Assembly (NCBI GenBank): GCA_001179505.1
Contig: CDMY01000295.1
Location: 466,506 to 530,505 of the forward strand
Source of the DNA: Vitrella brassicaformis CCMP3155
Taxonomy: Eukaryota; Protista; Chromerida
DNA length: 64,000 nt
Direction: 5' to 3'
Position numbers and translations under genes: made by a program. The notes under the pieces were generated by a model. The model was not told where the DNA came from. It did no database searches and worked only from the letters and a program-made list of their open reading frames with translations. Below are positions 12,606 to 26,900 of this stretch, piece by piece (the first letter of the stretch is position 1; each line of letters starts with the position of its first letter).

Positions 12606-14240
12606 ATGCAGCACAGTTCTGGCCACTCGGGTGAATGTCAATGCGCCAAATGTGTTCAGCTTCGTGTGACCATCGAGGCCTTACAGACAACCATCAGCCG
12701 TGCAGCAAGATCTCCGGATGGCGACGATGGCGAGGCAGATGACGGGGGTCTGCACACAGCCCTTGACCTGCTGCAGACCTTCCAGCTGCGGCACAGCAAC
12801 GCCATCGCCCCTGACAACAAGAATGCTGAGTCAGCTGGTACAGCTGGTGTCCGGTGCTTCGAGGATATCCTCTGCCCCCCTCTCCGTCCGCCCTTCTGCT
12901 TCCCCGACAGCACACGAGGCCTCCGTCAGCTGTCCTACGACCCATCTGCCTTTCGCCCGCGAGATTATCACCGCTTCCTTCTCACCGGCCGCCTCGCACC
13001 CCTCACACACACCACCCAAAGAGATGCACGTGGCTGCAGGGGTGGTCCTCCTATTGAGGTGACCATGGCATTCCTGGTGGGCAGTGGTCGGTCAGGCACT
13101 ACTTTCCTGGCTGAGGTCGTCTCGCAGCTGGGCTGTGACGAGGCGGCAGGCTATGATGGCATCTTTGTGCTGGACGAGCCGCGGCAGCTGTGGCTGCCGG
13201 CCTTCCCATCGATGGATGTCTGGTCCACTGAGGCACCTAAGAGAAGCGGGAGGCTGGGGGGGCTTTCCGCATCGCCACTGTCGGCTGACGCCATCTCTCA
13301 AGTCCGGCAGGGCTATCGGCGAGTCATCCGAACCCTTGTCGACGCCCAGCAATCACCGAGAGGCGGCGAATCACCTGACGCTCGTCGGGTGCTGATGGTG
13401 GAGAAGTTTCCGGAGCATGGCTTCTCTATCGACCTGCTGGCCAAGGTCTTCCAGCAGCCTCACGACAGCATCAGCAGCAGCCAGCGGGACGATCGAGTGT
13501 CCTTTGCGGCTCCCGTGCGTGTGATTCACGTGGTACGTGACGGCATAGAGGTGGCGCGGTCCATCCGGCAGCTGTGCGTGGCGGGCGGTGGCGCGTCGGC
13601 ATGGTATGGCGTCAAGGACCTGTGGAAATGGCGGCAGCTGCTCACACTCATCCATGGATTGGGCGACCTTCAGCAGCCACAGCCATCATTCTGGTCGCTC
13701 ATCCGTCGTGATTACCGTCCTGCATCGGCCATGGCAGCAGGGGCTAGCGAATGGACGGCGAGTGAGTGTGGTGAGCTGTTTGCCATGGGGCTGCTGGAGT
13801 GGGCGCTGGCCATCCATGCCGCAAGGAACGGGACAATCGATCAGGGCGTGAGTGTGTCAGAGGTGCCCTACAAGAACATGATCACGTGCCCTCAGGCAGC
13901 CATGGCCTCGGTGGGCGGCGCCCTGGGCCTGTCCGACCATGCAGTGTCATCGCTGGCCAGGTGTGTGTAACATTCATTATACATCGGTTGATCGTCCCTT
14001 GGCTGGCTGTTGTGTGTGTGTGTGTGTAGGGTATGCGAGGCGCATACGAGTGCCAAAAGCCGGCAAGCCTATGCGAGTGGTGCGTCGGTGATGCTGTCCG
14101 ATGACGAGAGGCGCGTGCTGTCGTGTTGCGGTGGGTCGCTGATTGGGGCTTATCTGGTTGAGGCATCGATGTGCAACCCCACACACAGAGAGGAAATAGA
14201 GAGAGTGTGCCGCGTCAGCCAGGCGGGAGAGGAGCTATAG
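12606..14240 (+). CDS. Sulfotransferase-family protein (P-loop PAPS-binding type)
   Basis: FLVGSGRSGTTFL (5'-PSB), VEKFP and VIHVVRDGIEVARS (3'-PB). One intron near 13960-14030. The start is uncertain. Confidence 0.7.
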
Positions 14241-14379
14241 ACCATGTGCATGATGAGATGAATGGGATCGATTCATGCACTGCACGAGGGATGAATCATA
14301 TGGAGCGAATCCGTTATGCAGATGCAACACCATGCGAACAGGCAGATACATAGCACTAACCATGCCTTCTCTTTCAGCC

Positions 14380-15910
14380 GAAACACGACAGCTGAGGTGA
14401 TATCGAAGAGTCCTTCAGATGGGCAGCACAGCACCTAGGGACCTGATGTGCACTGCGCGACATGAATGTGTGCGGTGCCACATTCATCAGGACACAGGAC
14501 GATGCGGTGCGAGGCGATAGGTAGCCCTGACGGTACGGTGTGTCTGTCTGACCCGCACTTAGTGAGTGACCCAGCGAGTGAGTGCCCTTAGGTGGGTGGT
14601 GTGGTGTGGTGTGGTGTGTGTGGTGTGGTGTGGTGCCGAGGCACACACCTTCGATGAGAGGCCGAAAACACAGCCCCTGTCTATGGTGATCTCTGTCTGT
14701 CTGTTCTGTCTGGCCTACCTACGATGGAGCACAGACATGCTCCACATCGCACGTACGCCCCACTGCAAAAGCACCTGTACACACATAGGTAGTAGACGTC
14801 TGCAAGCCCTCCCTGTCTCCAACAGGTTTCCGCTGTAGACTGGCTGCGATAGATGGTGATGCTGCGACACAGCAACGCCTCCCCTCCCCTCCCCTCCCTC
14901 ACGGTGACCCTCCTCTCCACTCCCTCCTTCTCCCCTCCCCTCGACGCTTGATGCTTGTGGACGGCTCCCGATGCATCCATTCGCCCACATCTGAGAGCAG
15001 ACACAACAGCACCGAGCTGAGACATCCTTGCACACGTGGGTCACGTCTCTGTCTTCCCTGCTCACCCACTGGCTGCTCGATCACCGTGATCGATCACAGC
15101 TTCCGTTGGAGGAATGACTCCATCTGTCGCAGGCCCACCAACTCCCAAATGGGGGGTGGCAGTGCTGGCCTTGCAAGGCTGCCGGGGGGTGGCTGTCGGT
15201 GCGGGTTCTCATAGAGACCCACCAGATCGATGCCCGGCTTCTTCTGAGTCACGGCCCTGGCCTGGTCCTGCTGTCTGTAGGCGGCCTCCTGCCGTCTCCT
15301 CCGCTCCCTCTCGATCTGACGCAGCCGTCTCAGCTCCTCCTCATTCGGGTCCTCTTTCACAAAGGTTTGTCGGTGTTTCCTCCGCTTGCCGTTGCCCCGA
15401 CCGCCAGCCCTCTCTCTGTGGGCAGTGAGGATGTTCTCCGCCGCGGTTAGCTGGTGCCTTTGCCACGGTGGGAGGTCCAGAGGTGGGCGGGCGAGGGAGC
15501 CCTTCGGTGGCTCCTTATGTCTGTGAGGGGAGACAGGCAGGTGAACCAACCGTCGGGGTGCACGTGCAGGACACTTGGCTCATCTCTTACTTACAGGCTG
15601 CGGTGCAGTTCCACCAAGGTTGGTGGCCGTCGGCCCTCCCTGGTCTGGTCCCGCCTGACCTTCTCCCTCTCACGCAGCGAGGCGAGCTCCCCTCGCACTG
15701 CACTGGCAGATGCGCCTGCAAACCACCGACCGAATTAAGAAACATGAGCGATGAGAAGAGTGAGGCACATGCAACTGCAGTCAGTCAGTCACTGTGAATG
15801 AGGGGAAGGTTACACACGTGACGTACGTGGACTGGCGCGTGGGCTCGGCACCCTTGACTGAGGGTACGCTGATGCCTTAGCGGCTGGTCGGCTTCTCATC
15901 GTTTGCTGCA
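14380..15910 (-). CDS. Hypothetical multi-exon protein (charged/coiled-coil region)
   Basis: Phase-compatible exons read ...VELHRSL|[13 protein letters not shown]...[15 protein letters not shown]. No recognised domain; both ends are uncertain. Confidence 0.35.
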
Positions 15911-17335
15911 TCGTTGATTGCTTCTTTGCTCTTCACACGCTTTTGGTACGGCTTTTGGCGACCTTGCTGGGGGCGCCCCCAGAAAGGACGAATTTACAAC
16001 ATGGACAGGCTGCAAAAGGCACATGTTTCCGGCTCAGAGCTGCTTTGTTTCTTCCGCTCTTGGTCGTCCTAACTGTCACACATCCCAACACTTAACCGGA
16101 TGACTCTTCAGTGTTTCGCTCATGTTCCGACGTATCCATAAAAACACATGGCATGGCATGGCATGGCATGCAAGGAAATGCTTGCGCTACTACATGTAGC
16201 AGCGGGCAGCTCAGCCAACCACTGGTCGAGGCTCTCGCCAAGTACATAACATACATCACCCATCCCCGTGGTCGACATCAGTGTTTCAAAAAGACACTCC
16301 AGTGGCAGGCCATATGAAGCCGACCCTCGCCCTCTACATGCAGTCACGGAGTACACCAACCAATCGCAGCATGCAGCAAAGAGCCTGACACACGCGCACA
16401 AAACAACGATCAGAGAGGGAGGGAGGGAGGGAGGGAGGGAGGGGATTTCCGATATGAGGGATGCATGTGCCTCATATCAGAAATGGCCCTCCTTGCCCTG
16501 CCTTTCCTGTCCTTGCCTTTCCTCTTGAGCCATGCAGGTACGTCAGTCACGTGCATACGTATGTCAGTCATGTGTATAGGGAGCGATTGATCTCATACCC
16601 GCAACACGCATGCCATGCCATGCCATGCCAGGCGTGTGTACATGTACACACCACAGTCTGTGTACTGTACACACACCCTCACCCTCACCCTCACCCTCAC
16701 ATCTCAGTCAGACAGGCAGACAGACAGACAGACAGACAGGTAAAAAATCCTACGATGGTTTAAAGGCATGTATGTCTGCCTGTCTGTCTGTCTGTCTGTA
16801 TATGCCCCACGTAAGTCCTTTCTTTGACCACTTCGGTGGATGCGGTGCGGCCCTCCCCTCCCCTCCCCTCCGCGCGTTGCACGAAAGCTGCCCGTCCTTG
16901 TGTTTAGGACTCACACACCGTGCAAAGCCAACCACAGCAATGCCTCATACATGCCAGACAAAAAGAGGGCGTGCAGACATCAGAGGAACAAAGTCTACGT
17001 GCGCACCCCCATACCACCATCTCAGTTGAAAGGACGAGTGTGAAGGTGGGGCGCGCAAGGCCTTGCGTACTGCGGTCGGTGTGTCTACCTACCTGTCTGT
17101 CTGTCCGTCTGTCCGTCCGTCTGCCTGTCTGCTTGGCTACACTAAAAGCGAGAGCCTACACGTGAACACGCACGCAACCAGCCAAGACCTTACTTACACC
17201 GCATTCAGTCGAGATTGACTGACTGACTTCCCCTCCCACCCCTCCGCTCCCTGAGCAACATGAATACTCCCTCCCTCCCTCCCGACCGTAGGGACGGACG
17301 AGTGAGCAGAGGTGGGATACACTAGCTAGCTACAC

Positions 17336-20300
17336 TCACACGCCGCCATCCGAGTAGGAGGGTGGCAGCACGTCAGGCGGGCCATGCCCGTGGCCATGCC
17401 CATACTCGCCCCACCACGCCCCACCGTGCAGCTCAGGCACACTCACAGAGATGGTGGCGTCCTCATGGGGATGCATGCAGTCGCCGCCAGCATTGCCACT
17501 GTCATTGCTGACGACGATGCGGCGCTCCCTCCCCCAGTAGCCGTCAGACATCGGCGATGGCAGCCGGGTGGGCGCCAGAGGCGGCAGCGATGGCTCGTCC
17601 GTCTCGCCCATCTCTTCTTGGCACACCACCTCTGATCCATCCATCCATCCACACCACACACAGCCATGAGCCTCTCTCCCTGTCTCTGTCTGTGTGTGTG
17701 CTGTCTTTGCAAACTCACCTGGTGCGTCCGCTTCCTCCTCTGTGGACCACTCAGTTGGTGGCAGTGTCCGCGTGTCTGAATGACCCGGCATGCCGGGAGG
17801 CGTGCTGTTGGGCTGCGGGACCCCGCTGGAGATCGGCTCGAAGGGCGGGCCGTAGAATAGGAAATCCCGGAAACCGACAAACACCAGCGCAGGATCGTCG
17901 TCCTCGGCCCAGGCAAAAATGTGACACTGACAAGCGGACGGAGGGAGGGAGCGAGCCAGACAGCGCACATGGCATGGGTTGGCTGGTTGGTTGGGGTGTG
18001 CGTGTGTCTGCCCTGCCCTCTCACCTACCTCAGCAGCCTGTCTGTCAGGCTGTCTGAGCAGCCGCACGTTGGCCTGCAGAGGCTCCTGGTCCTCGGCCTT
18101 GACGGCCTTAAGCCGCCGCAGCGTGTCACGGTCGAACAGCTGCGCAAGCGGCACACCTGCACCAACACCACACCACACCACACCACACCGCACACACAGA
18201 GACAGGAGCTCGTGTGTAAGTCCCTGCAGGTATGTATGGCTGCCTGACACATACACACACACTGCCTGACCTTCAAGGACGCGCTGCTGCCACAGATTGA
18301 GGAGTGAGCTGGACTCGATGAGGACCTCCTCCTGGATGTCGATCAGAGCGGTCGCCTCGAGCAGCGTGTCGGTGGTCTTCATGTAGCGCGAGAGCAGCTG
18401 TCGGTCGCGCGACTCGACACAGCGGCGGTCCGTGACATCCTGGATAAAGCCGTAGACGATGGGCGATGTGTCGCTCTCCTTCCGCCCGGCACACCTGAAC
18501 CACCGACACTTGCCGTCGCTGCGCTCGTACATCAGCTGCATGGACGCACACAGCGCATGGCAGACACACACATGGATGGATGGATGGATGTACCTCCACT
18601 TCGAAGGCCCTCCCCTCGTCGGCACACTTGCGGATGGCGTCGTTGATCTTGGTCTTGCCCTCGGAGCCGACCACGAACTGCGTCCAGAAGCCCGAGAAGA
18701 ATCCTTCCTCCCCCTCCCGGCTGTCCTCTCTATCAATCTGCACCAGCAGCTGACACGGCTCCTCCGCAACACGCTCGCGAAAGATCCTCACAGATGGGGG
18801 CAGAATGCGCCTCTGGTGCTGGTGGACGGCGGCCGGCAACATGTAACCAGTCTGGTTCTGGTCTCGCTCGATCATGCCGCTGCAGGAGTAGAAGCAGCCG
18901 TCCTCTGTGGTAGTCTCCGACGGCACGTGCATGTTGACGTCGGCCGCCTCGCTCATCGGCCGTAAAGGGATGATGCCCACCATGTCCGAGTGCCTCGAGT
19001 GCCTCGGGGAGGACGGCTGCTGCCCCTCCACACACACCACCGGCAGGGAGCTGTCGTCTCGGGTGGTCGCTGCATCAGTGGATAGCTGCGGCGTGGAGGA
19101 ACGAGGCGGCATGCACTGCTCCTTGGTGGGCGTCCTTGCAGCGGCCTTGAACAGGTTCAAGAAGGAGGAGGGGCTCCTGCGCTTGTTGGGCCTCATGAGA
19201 CGCCACTTGCGTAACCGCGGCCACCAGTGCGAAAGGCACAGCCACCTGCTCCTGGCTGAGCCGCTGGTGCCCTTTGAGGTCTCCGATGCTGGCTTGGGTG
19301 TGGTCGGGGCGGTGGACGACGTTTCTGGTGGTGGCTTGTAGACCGCCGGGCGGCCGGTGAGGACCTCGATGATCTTAGTCTGGTAGCAGGTGTCAGGCCG
19401 CTTGGTCGTGTCCCACTCCCTGCGGACCAGACAACGGATGGAAAAATGGCCCCCATGCAAAAGTGTGTGTGTGTCCATGCGCTCTCTGTTTGCTGTCTGT
19501 CTGTCTGTCTGGGTGGCTGACCATGCAGCGACCCCGATCATCGAGGCGAACCCCTCCAGCAGCCGAGACTTCTGCTCCTTCTCGCGGAGGGCCTGCTCCT
19601 TCTGGAAGAGTGCAGAGCGCGAGACGAGCTCCATCTGCCGGCTGCCCACGGCAAACAAGATGCACAAGACTGCACACACACACAACACACAAGCACATGG
19701 GTGTGCGGCCGAGCGAGTGTGTGTGTGTGTGTGTGTGTGATAGACTGGCTTACCGGCGAAGGCCCACCCCATATGTGGGTTGAAGCCCATCTCCCAGTAG
19801 CACAGCCCCATCCCGACCACAAAGTGCAAGAGGATCAGGCAGGACGTCTCGAAGGAGTGGCACTTGATGATGAGCCATATGGCGAACAGCAGGTACGTCT
19901 GTGCGAAGGGGGCGAACTGGTACCGCTGGAAGCGCATCGGGCCCATGGCCCACACGAAGCCCTCATCCTCTTTGTACGTCCATCTGCCCTGGAAGGCCGC
20001 CGCGCCGGCCAGCAAAAAGAACAGAGCGAAGGTCAGGTTCCACTCGATGCGGTTGTACTGCAGGGTGCGCTCCTGCACTGATGTCGCCTTGTTCCGCGCC
20101 AGCCGCGTGACGTAGAGGGTCTTGAGCCGTTTGCCGAGCAGCAGGTGGAGGACGGCCATCAGAGAGAAGCTGATGAATATGGTGGAGCGGGTGACCTGAA
20201 GCCATCGAAGGGAACCAGACGGACAGGCAGACAGACAGAGGCACACAGGCGTGATGCACACCGGTCCTCTCTGCCCAGAGTGAGTGGCCGACTCACTGAC

Positions 20301-20727
20301 TCACTGACCATTATGAGAAAGGTGTCAAACTTGGAGATCAGGCGCAGGGCAAACCACACAAGGTGGATCTGAATGACACACGCACAGAGAGAGGCACACG
20401 AACATAACAGCTAGTGTGACGGGTGCTTGTCGACGCTGAATGAATGCGTGTGTGTGTGTCATGCCCACCCACCAGGGCGACAAGGATGCCAATCGACTTG
20501 AAGCAGTCACAGAAGTCTTCGTGTGCCGACAGCAGGTATTTCCTCTCCATCTCGGGGTCTGCAAAGCGGTACTTGAGCGTGGGGAACCAGCGCCAGACTG
20601 ACTCGCACCCAATGGCCCTCCAGCTGCCCTGCCCGATGCACTCGCTGAGCAGGCGAGAGCAGCAGCAACCGCCGCCACACTCATTGTCCTTCCTCCCTGT
20701 CACCGAGCCGTCTAGATCTTCACTCAT
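17336..20727 (-). CDS. Multi-pass membrane protein with PAS/PAC sensory domain(s)
   Basis: N-terminal LKYRFADPEMERKY plus several hydrophobic helices, then GVAAW|..EWD and FEVE|LMYERSDGKCRWFRCAG..VYGFIQDVTDRR (PAC-like). Confidence 0.65.
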
Positions 20728-21014
20728 CTCATCTATCGCCTGAGCCGTCCTGCTCCTCAAGGATCAGTGGGAATGATGAAATAGTGGTGCCTGAGATTGG
20801 TCCTTTGCGATGGAAGTCCTGGCTGGGACATGCGAGCTATTCACATGCGAGCTTGGTGGAATTCGAAAGTCCGGACGACGAAAGGCCCACGGGGCGACGA
20901 GGGTGACGAGCTGTGAAGGATGGACCCAGATCTAGTGCTTTTGCTGCTGATGTGATGATAAGGCAGTGATCCAGCGGTCTTTGTCACCGTCGCTCTCTAG
21001 GTCGCTCTTTGGCG

Positions 21015-22470
21015 ATGGCGCATCTGAGTCGAGCACACCATGCCCCCTTCCTCTTCAACCGGTGGGCCAAGTACGCGCCATCCAGCTACCACTTCAAGGA
21101 AATCAACCCATTCGCCAAAGTCCAATGGTACACCAGATTACCCTGACACACGCCGCACACACAGCTAAAGATGCGTTCATGCATTGCCTGCTGTGGTGTG
21201 TGTGTGTGTGTGTGTGTGTGTGTTTAGGACGTCGCAGCCGTACAAGGACCACAACATGCCGACCATCGCGCCCGACGCCAAGCCTCACGTGTCGCTCAAG
21301 ACGGTGACCTACATGGACGACGACAGGGGCATCTGGCACGTCATCGATGCCGCCGGCAAGGTGAGGCACACAACACACCACGGACAGGCCCTGCCTGTGT
21401 GTTCCATTCATTGCAATCAATGTGGGTGTGGTATGGGTGTTGGTGTTGGTTGTGTTGGTTGTGTGCAGACGGTGGGCAGTGTGGCGATGAGGGTGGCGAA
21501 GCTGCTGATGGGCAAACACAAAGTCGACTATAACCCCAATATCATCACAGGTGGGTCGGGGCGGTGTAGTGTACCGACCTAGAACACGTGTGTTGTGTGT
21601 GCATCTGTCTGTCTGTCTGTCTGTGGGCGTCATTCGCGTCATTCAATTCATTTCATATGTGCCTCCAGGTGACAGTGTGATAGTGGTCAATGCCATCCAC
21701 GTCACCCTGCGCGGCCACATGTGGGACACCAAGGCATACAAATTCAACAGAAGAAGTCAGCAAGGGACAGAAGAAGCCACTCATCGGGCTCATCCAACCC
21801 ACCTTACCTTTTCTGTCCCTTGCTCTCACCATGCAGCTCATTCCCGCGGTCCCAAGATCATGACGGCCAAAACCATGATGTACAGAAACCCGTCCATGGT
21901 GGTAAGTACCTACCTACCTCCCTCGACAAGGGCATGGGGAGGACGGGACACATTCCTCCATGGCCTGGCCTGACTTGACTTAACTTGTCCCTTTGTTTGT
22001 GTGTGTGGGGTTGATTGATTCAGTTGAACTTTGCCGTCAAGCGGATGCTGCCCTGCAACGGTCTCCGCAACGTCAGATACAAGTCAGTGGGCCGCAGACA
22101 GACAGAGAAGAAAGAGCCAAGCCCGCCAAGATGGATGGATGTGATGTGCGTGTGTCGTCTTCCTCCGCGTGTGTGTGTCGTGGGTGCAGGAAGCTGTACG
22201 TGTACCCCGGGGCCATCCATCCCCACTGGGGTATCCCTCAGGTAAACGGCCCGCAAGCCACCGGTCCGTCCGTGTGTGTGTGTGTGTGTGCTACGCTGTG
22301 CTGTGGTGTGGTGTGGTGTGGTGTGGTGTGTGGCTGGCCAGGTGATTGTCCCTCGTGGCAAGGCCAAAGATCCCCCCGTGCCCCCCTTCACCATCCACCG
22401 AGCCTTGCCCGCGCACGACCACACACAAGACGCTGCTGCCCCTGCTGCTGTTGCTGCACAGGCCAGCTGA
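21015..22470 (+). CDS. MRPL13: Bacterial-type ribosomal protein uL13, probably mitochondrial
   Basis: WHVIDAAGK|TVGSVAMRVAKLLMGKHKVDYNP..|GDSVIVVNA..AVKRMLP..KLYVYPG across ~8 exons. The first exon MAHLSRAHHAPFLFNRWAKY is in frame. The organelle assignment is inferred. Confidence 0.88.
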
Positions 22471-22989
22471 CGAATGAGCGTGCTGCTGCTGCTCGCATGA
22501 TGTGCATTGTGTACTGTAGAGGTGTGTGTGTGGTAAATGTAGGGTGGTCTGTCTGTCGTGGTCGTGCGTGTCTCGTGTGTGGCGTTGAGGCCTCACTGAG
22601 GACACATGTAGGTAGTGGAAGCATCGTGACAGAGCGGGTGTTTTCCACTGCCTGCACGGCTGCTTGGTGAGGTCTGTGCCCACGCTGCACACACGGACGA
22701 TTGAATGAGACGATTTAGGAAAGGCACAGCACGTGGAGTCTTTCTGTACGGTGTGGTGCTGGTGGTGGGTGTGGGTGATTTATGACGGACGAGAGACCAT
22801 TTAGTTCGTGAAGGAGCATTGCGCTGCATTCAGTGTATCCCGATTGTCTCGTGTGTCCGTCCCCTCCCTGTCCTCAGTCACTTTGAAGGCTGCCATGCCA
22901 ACCGACACCACGCCATGCAAGACAGAAGAGCCATGCATGCTCATGGACTGACTGTCCGGGTCGATCCCGTTGCTTGTTTCTTTCTGCTG

Positions 22990-23708
22990 CTACTTGTGCC
23001 ACCAGTCCCAGGCCTGGTCGTACAGCCGGGTGCAGGCGCCCTTGACGCTCTCGGGCACCAGCTTTTCGGCAGCATCAGCGGCGGCCCCAGCGGCCATGGA
23101 GCAGAAGCCCTTTGCCGCACTGGCAGTCGACGACAGCGCATCGAGTGCCGTCACCAGACCTGGCGGCACGTTATCGTGGTAGAGACGGGTGAACGCCTCG
23201 TGTGTCGTCTGTCCTGCCTTGTCGGTCGCCCGCTTGTAGAGGCTGTTGGCCTTGTCGAGGTGCTCCTGCGCTTCGGCGAGGTGGGCATCCGTCACAGAGA
23301 TCCCGTAGCTGGAGACTTTGGCAGCGTGGGCTTCTTTGTAGGCCTTGCGGTACAGTTCCTGGGCCTCCTGACGGACCACGGGCAGAGGCACGCAGCAGCT
23401 GGGGAGCATGTCATCGACCTACATAGAATCCTTCTCACCATCAAGCCCTGTGTCGCCTGGCCTTTCGCTGTCTGTTTCTCTGCGGCATTGGGGGCTTTGT
23501 TCAGGCCTGCAATGTCCATGACCTCCTCCAGCGCCTTCTTGGCCTCGTCTGCGAGGTCCATCAACCTCAGGGAGGCATCGAGGAGCTGCTGTTTGTCGTA
23601 CTTCGGCTGCCCAAGGCCGTGACTGAGGTCGGCGGCTGACGCACCACGGGGGACGCATGCCACCAAGAGAATGAGAGAAATGGAGAGGAAGCAGCTGGAG
23701 AGCGACAT
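22990..23708 (-). CDS. Secreted alanine-rich helical hypothetical protein
   Basis: Signal peptide MSLSSCFLSISLILLVACVPRGASA. Two overlapping ORFs can be joined by one ~100-bp intron near 23420-23520. Confidence 0.6.
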
Positions 23709-23991
23709 GACCAGTGTCAGCTGGACTCACAGAGAGACGCCCCCAAGACCCCGCTGTAAATTCAAGAGTATTGAATTGTAACGCATCCTAGACACCGTTT
23801 CAAGGCAACCAAATGTGGGTGTTTGTTTCCTTGGCTTTGCTAGCCAAGAACTTTGCGGGGAGCGCGCAGTCGCTGTGGCCCCGCCCGCCCTGTCTGATGT
23901 GTCTGACAGTAGGTCAATACTATCGACATCCCTCCCTCCCTCCCTTCCCCGCGCATCCGTCCGTCCGCCCATCCCTCCCTCCCTCCCTCCC

Positions 23992-26900
23992 TCAGTGCAC
24001 CTCCTCCCTCGGCCGACTTGGCTTGTTTCTCAGCGTCTTGTCGTTCCACGCGTGTGCATTGTAGCTGTATGGGTACCCGTTGGACCCCTCGCCCTGGGGA
24101 GGCGGGCTCACAGGCTCGCCGAGGTCGTCAGTCGACACGCTCGCCGGCACACACAGCGGGCTAGGCGCGGGCATGGACTTGGTGGTGCTGCTGGCCATCA
24201 TGCCGTCCTTGGCCGCCCTTCCTGCGGCTGCTGCTGCTGCTGATGGGGGGTCGCTGGCTGAGGCGGGAGTGGGAGCCGGAGGGACGAGGGGCTTCACACG
24301 CGCCTGATGATAGACAACACCACATCGCACAACACACGGTGCACACGTCATGAGCTGGGGAGACAGGTCTTCGCATATGCGCACCTGCTTCGGCTCCGGC
24401 CGCCCGTTAACCTGCCTCCCACGGCCCGGCTCATGGTTGCCCTCCTCCCGGCCATCGTCAACGTCATAGTCATACTCATCGTGGTCGAGGTTCATGTCGT
24501 CCTCTCCCGATCGCGGCGTCTCGGCCTGGCCGATGTCGATGCACTGACACATGGGGGTGCTGTCACTCATGGCCGCCATGTCCATGTCGTCCTTGCTGGT
24601 CGTGTGGGGGGCCGACGCGTGCACGGCGCGGGGGTCGTCCTGTGGTGAGAGAGCGGCACAGGAGACAGACAGAAAGGTGTGTAGTGGGGGGAGTCGTGGT
24701 AAGGTACCTACCTTTGCTGCTTCTTCTGGGTCGTCTGCGGGGACTTCGTGGGAATAGGCATACCTAACGAGGTCAAAGGCCACCACTCATTCACTGAAGC
24801 TCTGAGGGACGGATGGCGTCTCTTTGGTCAAGGGAACGGACCTCTGTGAGTTCTTGTGCGGTGCCCAGAGGTACATGATGCAGACCAGGACCGAAACGAA
24901 GATGAGGTGGTTGACACCATCGGTGAACCACCACTCACTCCGCCAGTACAGACGGATGTTCTGGGGCAGAGGGGCAGAGACACACACACACACACACACA
25001 TTCTTCATAGAGTGAGTGAGTGTCTTCCGTGTGTACCTGACCTGTGAGAAGGCGTAGAAGGAGTAGAGTAGGTTGATGGCTGCACACGCGACTGATATCA
25101 CGAGCACTGTACACAGCCGCCAAAACAAGGCCAGCTTCTCGTGCTGACGGCGATAGCGCAACTTCTGCACACACACAGAGACACACAAACAGACGTGTGT
25201 GGTGTGCACCCTCCCTCTCTGTGTGTCTGCCGTGCTGTGTGTACCTTGATGAGCGAGGTGAGTGCGGCGAAGGTCCAGTAGAAGATAATGAGGTTGAGGA
25301 GGGCCACGGGCACAAAGCAGAACATGATGATCACCGACGACAGGTGGTATGAGTGCCGACTCAACGACAGTATCAGCTCCCTACACAACACAACACAACA
25401 CAAGAACCAACCACACACACACACACACACAGACGCCATGCCTTTCCTCGTATTCTGGTCTCTCTCTCTCTCTCTCTCTCTCCGTCTCTCTGTTACTAAG
25501 TTACTTGATGGTGTCCAGGACAATATACAAGATTACGATCACCTGTACCCTGCACACCGTCCCGTTGTCAAGCGTCGGTCTCGTCACGCCCCACCCCAGA
25601 CTCGCCACCAGCACCAGCATGTAGCTGAACACGTTCTTGGTCACAGACAGCAGCAGCGACACGAAGAACAGCCCAAACCCCCTCACGCCCCGCTGGTTCC
25701 AGTCGCTGTACAGCCAGTACCAGAAGAAGCACTCCAGGAACCCCAGCAAGATCACGCCCCCAATGCAGTTCTGCAGCATGATCAGCTCACGCCAGTACCT
25801 CGCCGACGCCATGACCCAGACGAGCAACAGCAGCAGGTAGCCGCCCGTCAGCCACCCGTAGAACACGAGCTTGGGGTACTCAATGCCCGGCAGATAGCCA
25901 TAGGGGTTCCGCACTATCACTCGCCCGGAGAGCTTGACGGGCAGCTGTGTGGGGTATGCCGACTGGGTCAGGGGGGCGTTTGCCGAGATGGGATGGGTGG
26001 TCACAGGTGAGAGGGTGGTGGGCTTGGGGCCACTGGTGGTGTTGCTGCCTCTTGTGGTCTGTGGCTGTGTGCCATCGACAGCCGCCGAGGGGAGGGGGAG
26101 GTAGACCAGGCCTGACTTGTCGCCACAGTTGCTGAAGGCCAGCATGTACACGCCACTCTCGCGAATCAGGTGCTTCTCGCGAGGCGGCAGCTCACTTTCG
26201 TCCGCAGGCAGCCGCGTCACGTGGCTGAACAGGGCCTTGTTGGTGCCAGGGTCGTGGTGATGGCGTTCCTTGCCGTGGTGTGGGTGTGAGTGGTGCTGCA
26301 CCTTCATGAGCGTGTCCTGCCTCGCACAGACGTCCGGGTGGTTGCTGACGTCCTTGGGGCTGCAGCAAAACTTGTGCGGGTTGACCTGGTCCCAGAAGTC
26401 TTTGTACTTGGTCAGCGTCAGCTCGATGCTCTCATACCCCCGGTAGTCGCTGGTAGTCACAGCCATCCCAGACGCCGCCGACGACTCGTTGCCGGTGTCC
26501 CCCGTCTGCTGCTGTGGCTGCTCCACGGTCGGCATGACGAGCCGGAGTCCCTCAAAGATGATGACCGCCTCCCGCCCGTTGCCCTTAGCACTCTTAGCCT
26601 TGGATGACACATCCTCGATGTCGACATCGATCTTGGACGAGTGGTGGCGGCGCGACTGCCGCCCGTCGTCGAGCTCAGGCGGCTGGTGCTGACCGAACAC
26701 CAGCTGCTGGAGAGCGCCGAGCCACCGTCCCAGCCTCCTGAGCTTCTCTCCTGGTCTGATGTCATTGTCATTGTCTGGGTGGGAGTCAGATTCGCTGTGC
26801 GGCGGCAGGACGGAGGCCAGGGTGAGAGCGAGGTGGGTGGGGAGGTAGGTGGAGAGGGACTGCAGGTCTTGGTGCGAGTAGATGTAGTAGTACTGCAGGA

